IMG/VR virus record: IMGVR_UViG_3300037502_000580
Location: 1 to 64,000 of that record
DNA from: a virus
Direction: 5' to 3' (one strand)
DNA length: 64,000 nt
The notes beneath the pieces are model-generated. The model saw nothing but the letters and a program-made list of their open reading frames with translations. It was not told where the DNA came from and ran no database searches. Within the stretch, counting starts at the first letter, position 1. Each line of letters begins with the position of its first letter. Of the stretch, positions 37,154 to 46,989 are shown piece after piece. The translations under genes and the position numbers were made by a program.

Positions 37154-37484
37154 CTGACATGTCACGATGTGACGGGGTACCGGACGGGGGCACCCCCCGC
37201 CAGCGAGGGGGGGATGGAGCCTCATGACATATTAAACCGCACGACCAATCTCAACTTTTTCAAACTCCCCCCTCCCCTATGTTAGTCTTCGCTAACTTAC
37301 CCGTACCCCCCATTTCCCCTAATACCACCCCCTTGTTTTCTGCTGGAGTCCCGGCTCCTTCGGTGCTATATTTTTCTGGGGTAGGTAGTCGGCGCGGCGA
37401 CTCTAAACAGCCCGTAGCTCCTTTGGCTGGGTGCAAATGTAAAAATCCTACCCCCCTACTATTTTTTGTGTTTATAATCCGCGC

Positions 37485-38108
37485 ATGCAACTACTTGAAC
37501 CGGAAGTAGGCGTGGACGTTCCAGAGTCCAACTTTAATTTTCAAGACGTATACGAGAAAGCTCGTATCGCGTGCAATACTGCTTTGGAATTAAACCAACG
37601 TGGTATGCCTATCGAGATCGATAAAGAAGATGAACTCTTTGCTGAGAGGATCATCAAGGAAGAGATCTCAATCCCCACCAACTACAATTTCTCTGCTGGT
37701 ACCGCAGTAAAACTCGGCGCACTGCTGCAAGAGTACGACGTGCAGGTTGCCAAAAGTGCTGCCCAGTTACGTACCGTCTCCACTAACAAACTCATAGAAA
37801 TGCTAGACGACCCAGACCCCAAGGTCAGGCTTAAGGCTATTGAGTTAATCGGCAAGATTGCTGACGTGGGTCTCTTTGCTGAGAGAACCGAGATAACCAT
37901 AAATCACAAGTCAACTATCGAGTTGCAGCAGGAGTTGGCTAAGTTAGTAAGTGACTATGTGGATGTGGAAACCAAGTTAGTAACAAGTGACACGGAGGAA
38001 GAAGAGGAAGAAGATGGGGCACCACGAGAAGAGGAAGAAAGAGAGAGCGCTGGCACGCAAGAAGGAGATGCAGAAGCTGCTAGAGACGAAACTGAGGAAG
38101 ACAAGTGA
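37485..38108 (+). CDS. terS: Putative terminase small subunit
   Basis: Directly upstream of TerL; RLKAIELIGK...GLF.ER.EI motif; acidic tail. Confidence 0.65.
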   Translation: MQLLEPEVGVDVPESNFNFQDVYEKARIACNTALELNQRGMPIEIDKEDELFAERIIKEEISIPTNYNFSAGTAVKLGALLQEYDVQVAKSAAQLRTVSTNKLIEMLDDPDPKVRLKAIELIGKIADVGLFAERTEITINHKSTIELQQELAKLVSDYVDVETKLVTSDTEEEEEEDGAPREEEERESAGTQEGDAEAARDETEEDK

Positions 38109-39628
38109 TGGGGGCCAACGAGACCCAGAACCTCCTCGACCCGGAGATTCTCAAAAAGATCATCCCAAAGCTGCCGCCTGAGAAGCAGATCGCTGCCAAA
38201 GTTCTCATAGAGGAACTCAAAAACCGCAAGTACAAACAACTTGCACAGAGTAACTTTCTCACCTTTGTAAAACATGTTTGGCCTGAGTTCATACATGGCA
38301 AGCACCATGAGATCATGGCTGATGCGTTTGAGAGAGTTGCCAGGGGTGAGTTAAAGAGGCTCATCATCAACATGCCACCACGGCATACAAAATCTGAGTT
38401 TGCCTCTTACCTGCTTCCATCTTGGTTCCTGGGTAAGTTCCCACAGAAGAAGGTCATACAGACCTCGCACACGGCTGAGCTTGCTACAGACTTCGGTCGT
38501 AAGGTGAGAAACCTTGTGGACAATCCGATGTACAAAGAAGTGTTTACGAGTGTTGCACTGCAATCAGACTCAAAGGCCGCTGGGCGATGGAACACAAACC
38601 ACGGCGGTACGTACTTCGCTATTGGTGTGGGAGGCGCGGTAACAGGTAAAGGTGCTGACCTGCTGATTATTGACGACCCGCACTCAGAACAAGAAGCCAT
38701 ACTGGCGGAAGTTAACCCAGACATATACGATAAGGTCTACGAGTGGTACTCCTCAGGGCCACGGCAGCGTCTGCAGCCAGGGGGAGCTATTGTCATCGTT
38801 ATGACCAGATGGTCAAAGAGAGACCTGACGGCACAGGTAGTTAAGGCCTCTGTGCAGCGTGGGGGAGATGAGTGGGAGGTCATTGAGCTTCCCGCGATAC
38901 TGCCAAGTGGCAAGTCTTTGTGGCCCGAGTTCTGGAGTCTGGATGAGTTAAGCGCTCTGAAAGAAGAACTTCCGGTGCATAAATGGATGGCGCAGTACAT
39001 GCAAGCGCCTACCGGAGCAGAAGGTGCGCTGATAAAGAAGGAGTGGTGGCAGACCTGGGAGCATGAAGACCCCCCATCTTGTGAATACATAATCCAGTCT
39101 TGGGATACGGCGCATACAAAAAGTACGCGGTCAGACTATTCTGCCTGTATAACGCTGGGCATATTCACAACCGAGGATGCAGGGCCACAAATTATTCTGA
39201 TTGATGCTTTTAAAGACCGGCTGGAGTTTCCAGAGTTAAAAGCCAAGGCGCTTGAGAAATACAAAGAGTTCCAGCCAGACTGCTGCATTATTGAGGCCAA
39301 GGCGGCAGGGGCACCCCTTCTACAAGAGTTAAGGCGCATGGGCATACCGATTCAGGACTATACGCCGGTGCGTGGGAACGATAAGATTACTAGGGTCAAT
39401 GCGGTAGCGGATCTATTTGCCTCAAAAATGATCTGGGCACCGAAGATGCGTTGGGCTGAAGAAGTTATAGAGGAGTTTGCATCTTTCCCCGCTGGGGAGC
39501 ATGATGACTTGGTTGACGCTATGACACAGGCGTTACTTAGATTTAGGCAGGGCGGTCTAGTTCGCCTACACAGTGACGAGCCTGATGAGCCACGGGAGTT
39601 CAGGCGTCGGGGCAAAGCATATTACTAG
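38105..39628 (+). CDS. terL: Terminase large subunit
   Basis: NMPPRHTKSE, GKGADLLIIDDP, MTRW, QSWDTA, IEAKAAG, HDDLVDA. Confidence 0.95.
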   Translation: MMGANETQNLLDPEILKKIIPKLPPEKQIAAKVLIEELKNRKYKQLAQSNFLTFVKHVWPEFIHGKHHEIMADAFERVARGELKRLIINMPPRHTKSEFASYLLPSWFLGKFPQKKVIQTSHTAELATDFGRKVRNLVDNPMYKEVFTSVALQSDSKAAGRWNTNHGGTYFAIGVGGAVTGKGADLLIIDDPHSEQEAILAEVNPDIYDKVYEWYSSGPRQRLQPGGAIVIVMTRWSKRDLTAQVVKASVQRGGDEWEVIELPAILPSGKSLWPEFWSLDELSALKEELPVHKWMAQYMQAPTGAEGALIKKEWWQTWEHEDPPSCEYIIQSWDTAHTKSTRSDYSACITLGIFTTEDAGPQIILIDAFKDRLEFPELKAKALEKYKEFQPDCCIIEAKAAGAPLLQELRRMGIPIQDYTPVRGNDKITRVNAVADLFASKMIWAPKMRWAEEVIEEFASFPAGEHDDLVDAMTQALLRFRQGGLVRLHSDEPDEPREFRRRGKAYY

Positions 39629-39644
39629 GGGTTAAGGACAGATT

Positions 39645-42116
39645 ATGGCTATTGAAAAATCGGTTTATTCAGCACCAATGGGACTCGCTGATTTAGCACA
39701 AGAACCGGATATCGAGATTGAGATCGAAGACCCCGAGAGTGTTGAGATCCGCGCCGGTGGGCTTGAGATAGAAATTGGCAAAGGTGGTGGAGAGGGGCTT
39801 GATGACTTCACTGCAAACCTGGCTGAGCATTTAGATGACAGCGCATTAGGTGTTCTAGCCGATGAATTAGTTGGCAACTTCACACAAGATAAAGACTCCC
39901 GCAAAGACTGGGAGAAAACATACAAAGATGGACTGAAGTTACTGGGCCTAAAGATTGAAGATAGAACAGAACCTTGGCCCGGAGCCTGCGGTGTATTTCA
40001 CCCGCTACTCACAGAGGCGGTGGTTAGATTCCAAGCCGATGCGATTATGGAGACTTTCCCCGCGTCAGGCCCGGTTAAGACGCAGATTATTGGAAAACTT
40101 ACCCGACAGAAGGAACAAGCAGCGATTCGTGTCAAAGATGACATGAACTACAAGCTCACGGTAGGCATGTCTGAGTACCGTGCAGAGCATGAAAGGATGC
40201 TGTGGAGCCTTGCGTTGGCGGGTTCCGCGTTCAAAAAGGTCTATTTCGACCCCAATTTAGACCGGCAAGTGTCACTTTTTGTCCCGGCAGAAGACTTTAT
40301 TATCAGTTACGGGGCCTCAGACCTAAGAACGTGCGGCAGATACACGCACGTCATGCGTAAAACGGTCAACGATGTTAAGAAGTTACAGGTTGCGAGGTTC
40401 TACAGAGACGTAGAACTGCCTGATCCTGACCAGATGCCCACTGATTTTAGTGAGGTTGACCCCGAGGACGATGCCTCGACCATCATTCAGGACGACAGAT
40501 ATCTCATTTTAGAGATGCACGTTGACCTTGATATCGAGGAAGACCCCTTTAGAGACGAAGATGGCATTGCACTTCCATATGTAGTCACGATTGAGAGGTC
40601 ATCGAACACGATTCTGTCCATACGTCGTAACTGGAACCCCGATGACAAGCTGCGTTTAAAGCGCATGCACTTCGTTCATTACATCTACATCCCCGGTTTT
40701 GGCTTCTACGGCTACGGTCTCATACATCTTATCGGTGGACACTCTAAATCCAGCACCTCTTTGCTGCGTCAACTGGTCGATGCGGGTACGTTGGCGAACC
40801 TTCCTGGCGGTCTTAAGACCCGTGGGTTGCGGATTAAGGGTGATGACACCCCGATTGCGCCTGGAGAGTTCCGAGATGTGGACGTGGCGAGTGGAAGTAT
40901 CACTGAAAACATCACTTTCCTGCCCTACAAAGAGCCGAGTCAGACCCTATTGGCACTTATGGACAACATTGTTGCCCAGGGGCGGTCACTTGCGGCTGTT
41001 GCAGAGCTGAAAATACAAGATGTCAACAAAGAAACGCCTGTTGGCACTACGTTAGCCCTCTTAGAGCGGTCTCTGAAGGTCATGTCAGCGGTACAAGCGC
41101 GGATACATGCCGCGATGAAGATCGAGTTTGGTCTTCTGAAGGAGATCATCGCTGAATTTGCCCCTGATGAGTACGAGTACGAGCCAGATGGTGCGTTTGA
41201 TGGGCTGGTTGAGGCCAGCCGTGACGACTACGAGCTTGTTGAGGTGGTGCCGGTCTCTGATCCCAACGCATCGACGTTCAGCCAGCGGGTTATTCAGTAC
41301 CAAGCAGCACTTCAGTTAGCCAATACAGCGCCACAACTGTATGACATGGCTCAGTTGCACAGGCAGATGCTTGAAACGCTGGGCATGAGGAACGTGCAGA
41401 AGATTCTGCCGCTGGATGAGGACAAGAAACCGGTAGATCCGATCTCTGAGAACATGAACATCATGAATATGAAGCCTGTGAAGGCCTTCTTGTATCAAGA
41501 TCATGATGCTCACCTCAAGGTTCACACGGCGATGGCACAAGATCCGGTACTTGCACAGGCGCTAGGACAGAACCCGCAGGCTCAGACCATGGCGGCGGCT
41601 CTTCAGGCTCACATTGCTGAGCATTTGGCCTTCCAATACCGTCAGAAGATTGAGACTGTCATGGGTGCGCCTCTGCCCCCGCCTGATGCTCCGTTGCCTG
41701 AGGCCATGGAGATTGAGATGTCTCGTGTTGCTGCACAGGCAGCACAGATGGTTACGGGCATGAGTCGTCAAGAGATGGCGGCGATGCAGGCCCAGCAAGC
41801 CCAGCAGGATCCGGTTGTGCAGATGCAGCAGCAAGAACTGCAGCTTAAGACCGCAGAACTACAGCGCAAGGCACAGAAAGATCAGATGGACTCGCAGCTT
41901 AGAGCAGCACAGATTGAGACCGAAAGGTTGCGGATTGAACAACAGGCCGAGATTGATGGTGCCCGGCTTGGCGCACAGATAGCCAAAGATCAGACTCAAC
42001 AGCAGTTCCAAGAGAGTGTTGAGGCGGTGAAGCAGGAAATAGAGGGTACACGGATGGGGATGGACATGGCTAGATCCCTAGAACAGGCGCAAGCCAAACA
42101 ACCACAAGGTGAATAA
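39645..42116 (+). CDS. Portal protein
   Basis: 823 aa after TerL; GSAFKKVYFD, GFYGYGLIH, DAGTLANLPGG; Gln-rich barrel-like C-terminus. Confidence 0.85.
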   Translation: MAIEKSVYSAPMGLADLAQEPDIEIEIEDPESVEIRAGGLEIEIGKGGGEGLDDFTANLAEHLDDSALGVLADELVGNFTQDKDSRKDWEKTYKDGLKLLGLKIEDRTEPWPGACGVFHPLLTEAVVRFQADAIMETFPASGPVKTQIIGKLTRQKEQAAIRVKDDMNYKLTVGMSEYRAEHERMLWSLALAGSAFKKVYFDPNLDRQVSLFVPAEDFIISYGASDLRTCGRYTHVMRKTVNDVKKLQVARFYRDVELPDPDQMPTDFSEVDPEDDASTIIQDDRYLILEMHVDLDIEEDPFRDEDGIALPYVVTIERSSNTILSIRRNWNPDDKLRLKRMHFVHYIYIPGFGFYGYGLIHLIGGHSKSSTSLLRQLVDAGTLANLPGGLKTRGLRIKGDDTPIAPGEFRDVDVASGSITENITFLPYKEPSQTLLALMDNIVAQGRSLAAVAELKIQDVNKETPVGTTLALLERSLKVMSAVQARIHAAMKIEFGLLKEIIAEFAPDEYEYEPDGAFDGLVEASRDDYELVEVVPVSDPNASTFSQRVIQYQAALQLANTAPQLYDMAQLHRQMLETLGMRNVQKILPLDEDKKPVDPISENMNIMNMKPVKAFLYQDHDAHLKVHTAMAQDPVLAQALGQNPQAQTMAAALQAHIAEHLAFQYRQKIETVMGAPLPPPDAPLPEAMEIEMSRVAAQAAQMVTGMSRQEMAAMQAQQAQQDPVVQMQQQELQLKTAELQRKAQKDQMDSQLRAAQIETERLRIEQQAEIDGARLGAQIAKDQTQQQFQESVEAVKQEIEGTRMGMDMARSLEQAQAKQPQGE

Positions 42117-42319
42117 TGGAAGCACCACGATCCTTTGAGGAGCTTATTCGGAAGAAAATCCGAGATCACATGAACAACTACGCCGATGATTTAGCGACCG
42201 GCGGCGCAAAAGATTACCCCGACTATAGGTTTCAGGTCGGAGTTATTCAAGGATTAGCCATGGCAGAACGGGAAATCCTTGACCTTGTTGAAACCGCGAG
42301 AAAGGCAGAAGGACTATGA
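42116..42319 (+). CDS. Small conserved protein downstream of portal
   Basis: DY..Y...VG.IQGL; coupled start/stop. Confidence 0.7.
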   Translation: MEAPRSFEELIRKKIRDHMNNYADDLATGGAKDYPDYRFQVGVIQGLAMAEREILDLVETARKAEGL

Positions 42320-42714
42320 CATCACGCATAGGTGCAGTGGATAAAGAAGCGACCGTTAGAAAGGCGCAAGAGATTGGGGAAATAAAGATGCCCAATCCGG
42401 TGGGGTACAAGATATTAATTACCCTGCCGAGAATAGAGGACAAGATTGGTGATTCAGGAATCATTCTGGCTGACTCTACAAAGAAAGCCGAAGAAGTAGC
42501 ATCTTGTTTGGGTTTTGTTCTTAAGCTGGGCGAACTCGCATACCGAGATCAGGATAAGTTTCCTAATGGCCCATGGTGCAAAGAAGGTGATTTTGTCATC
42601 ATGCGTAATTATTCTGGAACCCGCTTCTTGGTTGATGGACAAGAGTTTCGGTTGATTAATGACGACCAAGTTGAGGCGGTCGTTGACGATCCTCGTGGTT
42701 ACACACGTGCGTAA
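42316..42714 (+). CDS. groES: GroES-like co-chaperonin
   Basis: P.GYKILI, SGIIL, VLKLG, WCKEGDFV, YSGT, RLINDD. Confidence 0.88.
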   Translation: MTSRIGAVDKEATVRKAQEIGEIKMPNPVGYKILITLPRIEDKIGDSGIILADSTKKAEEVASCLGFVLKLGELAYRDQDKFPNGPWCKEGDFVIMRNYSGTRFLVDGQEFRLINDDQVEAVVDDPRGYTRA

Positions 42715-42724
42715 GGAGTAGGAA

Positions 42725-43777
42725 ATGCCAAAAGAAGAAATCGTTACCACCCTAGAAGAAATCAATAGTCAGCTCGCTAATAAGGGCGATCTGCCCGAAG
42801 TAGAACCTGAAGGCACAGAAATTGGTTTCCCACCGGAACCAAAAGACCCGCCTAAGAAGCAGGCCAAAGAGAAGATTGATATAGAAATTGTTGATGACAC
42901 GCCCCCGGAAGATCGTGGGCGTAAGCCCATGAAGACTCCCCCTAAGGACGGGGATGAGATCGACGAGGTTAATGAGAAAGTCCAGAAGCGCATGGACGAA
43001 CTCAAACGCGCTTGGCATGAAGAGCGCAGGGCTAAAGAACAGGCAGCTAGGGAGCAGTCAGAGGCTCTAGCATATGCAAAAGCCCTGGTGGAAGAGAATA
43101 AACGGCTACAGAAGAAACTCAGTGCCGGTGAGCAGATTATGGTTAAGGAAGCTCAGACTAAAGCTGAGTTGGCCCTTAAGTCTGCCAAACGTTCTCTACA
43201 AGAAGCACAGGAAAGTGGGGACTCAGAAAAGGCCGCAGATGCCATGTCTGAGATTACTAGGGTGACTATGGAGCAGGAGAATTGGAAGAGATTCCAACCT
43301 ACTCAAGTACCTGACGATCCTGAACCCACTTTACAACCGCAAAATAATAATGTAGCTTACTCACAAACTGTTCAGCAGCAGACAGCCGCTCCTGACGAAA
43401 AGGCCGTGTCTTGGTATAACAAAAATACCTGGTTCGGCGTTGACGAAGAGAGAACTGCATTTGCTTATGGACTGCATCAGAAATTAGTCAATGAAGGGAT
43501 TGATCCCCGAAGTGACAGTTACTACGAGCGCATTGACGCTCGGCTGCGGCAAGTTTTTCCCGAGAAGTTTACCTCTGAGACTCCAGAAGATCATGAGGAA
43601 GACGTTCAGCAAAAACGGGTAGAAAAACGCCAACAAACAACGGTGGTAGCACCGGCGACACGGACGACCTCAAGTAAGAAAATTGTCCTGACTAAATCTC
43701 AGGTAGCAATAGCTCGGCGCTTGGGTGTTCCTTTAGAAGTTTATGCGAAACATGTTGCTCTGCAGGAGAATAGATAA
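42725..43777 (+). CDS. Putative capsid scaffolding protein
   Basis: Acidic coiled coil, W...N.WFG, C-terminal IARRLGVPLE.YAK. Confidence 0.7.
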   Translation: MPKEEIVTTLEEINSQLANKGDLPEVEPEGTEIGFPPEPKDPPKKQAKEKIDIEIVDDTPPEDRGRKPMKTPPKDGDEIDEVNEKVQKRMDELKRAWHEERRAKEQAAREQSEALAYAKALVEENKRLQKKLSAGEQIMVKEAQTKAELALKSAKRSLQEAQESGDSEKAADAMSEITRVTMEQENWKRFQPTQVPDDPEPTLQPQNNNVAYSQTVQQQTAAPDEKAVSWYNKNTWFGVDEERTAFAYGLHQKLVNEGIDPRSDSYYERIDARLRQVFPEKFTSETPEDHEEDVQQKRVEKRQQTTVVAPATRTTSSKKIVLTKSQVAIARRLGVPLEVYAKHVALQENR

Positions 43778-44214
43778 TGGGAAATCGTACTGATCGTGAA
43801 CTTGAGTCTCGGGAGAAGACTTCCCGTTCTGTTGTCTATCGTCCAGCTAACCAGCTTCCTGATCCCAATCCACAAGATGGGTATACGTTCCGCTGGATTC
43901 GCACAGCAATCATGGGGCAGTCCGATGCTCGGAATGTCTCCACGCAGCTTCGTGATGGTTACTCACCTGTTAAATTGCAAGACCATCCTGAGTTGATGAT
44001 TCCGTCAGACCCTAAAGGTGGTGAAAATGTCGAGATTGGCGGCTTGATGCTCTGCAAAGCTCCTATCGAGCAAGTAGACGCAAGAAAAGCCTATTATGAG
44101 CGTGTTAATCAGCAGCAGATTCAATCTGTTGATAACAGCTTTATGCGAGAAAATGATCCGAGGATGCCTCTCTTTTCTGAGAAGCGGTCTGAGGTGAGTT
44201 TTGTTAAACGTTAA
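43777..44214 (+). CDS. Conserved head-module protein
   Basis: GY.FRWIR, GGLMLCK. Confidence 0.65.
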   Translation: MGNRTDRELESREKTSRSVVYRPANQLPDPNPQDGYTFRWIRTAIMGQSDARNVSTQLRDGYSPVKLQDHPELMIPSDPKGGENVEIGGLMLCKAPIEQVDARKAYYERVNQQQIQSVDNSFMRENDPRMPLFSEKRSEVSFVKR

Positions 44215-44231
44215 CCTCATAGGAGTTGAAT

Positions 44232-44852
44232 ATGGCTTACCCTACTGTTAGTAAACCGTACGGTTTTAAGCCTGTTAACCGGATTGATGGTCTACCGTAT
44301 GCTGGTGCTGTTCAGCAAATTCGTATTGCCAGCACCTACAACACGGCTATCTATTTCGGTGACACGGTTAAAATCGTTGCCGGTGGTTCTATTGAACTGT
44401 CTGGCGCAACCACGAGCGGCACCATTGTTGGCGTGTTCATGGGATGTCAGTATGTAAATTCCCAAGGACAAACCATTCAGGCTCAGTACTACCCCGGCAC
44501 CAGCGCAACCAGCGCGATTGCTTACGTAGTTGTTGACCCGTATGCTGCATTTAAAGTGGCTATCACTACCTCTGGCGATGCCGGTGTGGTTACTGGTGCA
44601 AACCAGACCATTGTTGGCGCTAACGTAGCTACTGTTTATGGCACCGGATCTACCATTACTGGTGATTCTGGATCTTCTGTTGTTCTTCCGGCAAACGGTG
44701 CTGGTGCTGCTACCACGCTTCCGTTCCGTGTCATTGCTGTTGTTCCTGACACTGCTTATGATTCCAGCGGTACGATTATTTACCCTGAAGTCATTGTGAA
44801 GATTAACGACCCGCAATACTCGGCTCTGACCGGTACTGCGTACACGGCTTAA
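44232..44852 (+). CDS. Putative capsid decoration / cement protein
   Basis: PYGFKPV, IYFGD.V, GVFMGC.Y; directly upstream of MCP. Confidence 0.6.
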   Translation: MAYPTVSKPYGFKPVNRIDGLPYAGAVQQIRIASTYNTAIYFGDTVKIVAGGSIELSGATTSGTIVGVFMGCQYVNSQGQTIQAQYYPGTSATSAIAYVVVDPYAAFKVAITTSGDAGVVTGANQTIVGANVATVYGTGSTITGDSGSSVVLPANGAGAATTLPFRVIAVVPDTAYDSSGTIIYPEVIVKINDPQYSALTGTAYTA

Positions 44853-44863
44853 GGAGAATTTAA

Positions 44864-45775
44864 ATGGCTATTTCACGCGCCCAACTACTGAAAGAGCTGC
44901 TCCCAGGCCTTAATGCGTTGTTTGGTCTGGAGTATGCGAAGTATGGTGAAGAGCATAAAGAGGTCTATGAAACTGAGACTTCTGAGCGTTCTTTTGAAGA
45001 AGAAACCAAACTGTCCGGCTTCTCTGCCGCCCCGGTTAAACCCGAAGGTCAGGCAATTGCGTATGACAACGCACAAGAAGCATGGACGGCTCGTTATACG
45101 CACGAAACCATTGCTCTTGGTTTCTCGATCACTGAAGAGGCGATTGAGGACAACCTGTACGACAGCCTGTCGTCCCGGTATACCAAGGCCCTGGCCCGTG
45201 CTATGGCGTACACCAAGCAGGTTAAGGCTGCTGCGGTTCTGAATAATGGCTTCGCTGCCGGTGTTACATACGGTGACGGTCAGCCCCTGTTCTCCACCGT
45301 GCATCCCCTCGTGTCTGGTGGCGTCAACTCCAACCGTCCCGCTACTAACGCTGACCTGAATGAGACTTCTCTTGAGAACGCTACCATTCAGATCGCTGCG
45401 TGGACAGACGAGCGTGGTCTTCTGATCGCTGCTAAACCCCGTAAGCTGGTTATTCCTCCTGCGCTTATGTTCGTTGCTAAGCGCCTGTTGGATACGGAGC
45501 TTCGTGTTGCTACCGCTGATAATGACCTTAACGCCTTGCGCGCCATGGGTACGATCAGTGAGGGCTACACCGTTAACCACTTCCTGACGGATACCAATGC
45601 ATGGTTCCTGACGACGGATGTGCCCAACGGTCTGAAGCATTTTGTTCGTACCCCGATGCAGACCTCCATGGACGGAGACTTTGACACCGGTAACGTACGT
45701 TACAAAGCCCGTGAGCGTTATAGCTTTGGCGTCTCGGATCCTCTCGGTATTTTCGGATCTCCTGGCTCCAACTAA
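44864..45775 (+). CDS. Major capsid protein (Mu gpT-like, HK97 fold)
   Basis: MAISRAQLLKELLPGL, EDNLY, GDGQPLFS..HP, DFDTGN..YKARERYSFG; strong RBS and downstream terminator. Confidence 0.9.
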   Translation: MAISRAQLLKELLPGLNALFGLEYAKYGEEHKEVYETETSERSFEEETKLSGFSAAPVKPEGQAIAYDNAQEAWTARYTHETIALGFSITEEAIEDNLYDSLSSRYTKALARAMAYTKQVKAAAVLNNGFAAGVTYGDGQPLFSTVHPLVSGGVNSNRPATNADLNETSLENATIQIAAWTDERGLLIAAKPRKLVIPPALMFVAKRLLDTELRVATADNDLNALRAMGTISEGYTVNHFLTDTNAWFLTTDVPNGLKHFVRTPMQTSMDGDFDTGNVRYKARERYSFGVSDPLGIFGSPGSN

Positions 45776-45783
45776 GCAGGGTG

Positions 45784-45814
45784 AAGAAAAGGGGCTTGCG
45801 CCCCTTTTCTTTTT
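45784..45814 (+). terminator. Intrinsic terminator after MCP
   Basis: AAGAAAAGGGGC-TTGC-GCCCCTTTTCTT followed by T-run. Confidence 0.85.
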
Positions 45815-45916
45815 GCGGTACTGTTGTTTTAAGTCCAAGATTTTTACCTATATCGACAGGCTTGGCTGACTTAGTAGAGACGATATAGGAATGTGCTACT
45901 ACACAAGGAGTTAGAA

Positions 45917-46405
45917 ATGGCACGCACTACTTTTTCGGGGCCAGTAGCGTCCCAAAATGGATTTATCAGCGTAGCTTCTACGTCTGGCAAATTACTCGCT
46001 ATTACCGCGCCTGCAGCGCTCTCTGCAGATACCACGCTTGTTTTCCCTAACGGTGCTGGTACAAACGGTCAAGTTCTTACTACTAATGGCACCGGTACGC
46101 TTAGCTGGACTACTAATGGCGCAGGTACCGTAACTTCTGTTGGTGGTACTGGTACGGTAAACGGTCTTACTCTGACCGGTACGGTTACTTCTTCTGGCTC
46201 ACTGACCCTCGGTGGATCTTTTGCTCTGCCGACAAGCACTGCCGCTGCTGTTGCTGATATTGCCAATGCGATTAATACCACTGGTAAATACACCGGCAAG
46301 ATGGTTGTTGATTACGCTACCGGAATTATCTATACGGCGGTCGGCGCAACGGCTGGATCAGACTGGGCACCCTCTGACGCTAGTGGTCTCGTAACCCCGG
46401 CCTAA
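45917..46405 (+). CDS. Head fibre-like structural protein
   Basis: MARTTFSGPV; GTNGQVLTTNGTGTLSW and GTVTSV fibre motifs. Confidence 0.6.
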   Translation: MARTTFSGPVASQNGFISVASTSGKLLAITAPAALSADTTLVFPNGAGTNGQVLTTNGTGTLSWTTNGAGTVTSVGGTGTVNGLTLTGTVTSSGSLTLGGSFALPTSTAAAVADIANAINTTGKYTGKMVVDYATGIIYTAVGATAGSDWAPSDASGLVTPA

Positions 46406-46418
46406 TAAGGAGGCTTGC

Positions 46419-46730
46419 ATGGGTATGCAAACCGATGTCCTAGCGACAAAGCCGTTAACGGCAACGGGTAACTTTAAAGACCAGGGTGATCAAAATATCC
46501 CTCGTTCCCGCATTAAGACGATCTATGCAGTTAACGGTACAAGTGCCGGTTCTGTTGTGATTCGCCAAGGTGGGGCTTCGGGGGACGTGATTATCACGGT
46601 CAATACCGCTGCTAATACGACGGCTGGCTACACCATTATCCCGGTGCCGGGTGAAGGCGTTCTCTGTAAAGAGGGCGACCTGCATGGCACCATTACCAAC
46701 ACCACATCCATTACTCTTTTCTACGGGTAA
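46419..46730 (+). CDS. Small beta-rich structural protein
   Basis: PGEGV..., T.FYG C-terminus; RBS. Confidence 0.6.
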   Translation: MGMQTDVLATKPLTATGNFKDQGDQNIPRSRIKTIYAVNGTSAGSVVIRQGGASGDVIITVNTAANTTAGYTIIPVPGEGVLCKEGDLHGTITNTTSITLFYG

Positions 46731-46734
46731 TCCC

Positions 46735-46989
46735 ATGGCTAAGACCCCGGCTTGGCAGCGTAAAGAAGGCAAGAACCCTAAGGGTGGTTTAAATGCCAAA
46801 GGACGTGCCTCTTATAATGCTGCTAATCCGGGTAAGCCTGGGCTAAAGGCTCCGCAACCTGAGGGTGGCGCTCGTAAGAAGTCATTCTGTGCCCGTATGA
46901 CCGGCATGAAGAAGAAACTTACTTCTGCAAAGACCGCGAATGACCCGAACAGCCGGATCAATAAATCTTTACGTGCATGGAAATGTTAA
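46735..46989 (+). CDS. DUF6321-like basic protein
   Basis: WQRKEGKNPKGGLNAKGRAS...SFCARM...SLRAWKC. Confidence 0.75.
   Translation: MAKTPAWQRKEGKNPKGGLNAKGRASYNAANPGKPGLKAPQPEGGARKKSFCARMTGMKKKLTSAKTANDPNSRINKSLRAWKC

Larger units (their letters stand above)
26015..37174. repeat. Dispersed 15-bp palindrome YGTCAC-N3-GTGACR (20 exact copies here, plus one at 18071)
   Basis: Core GTCAC starts: 26016, 26275, 26889, 28157, 28684, 29584, 30731, 31373, 31648, 32758, 33316, 34409, 34963, 35076, 35740, 35819, 35926, 36443, 37074, 37161; 1-mismatch copy at 27619. Confidence 0.95.

Noticed and set aside
26015-37174. Palindrome as CRP, matS or Pho box
   Set aside because: CRP is TGTGA-N6-TCACA, matS has the half-sites in the opposite order, and Pho boxes are direct repeats; none fits GTCAC-N3-GTGAC
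44885-45838. 317-aa antisense ORF over the capsid gene, and other antisense ORFs in the track
   Set aside because: Shadow ORFs arising from codon bias; no RBS or recognisable motifs
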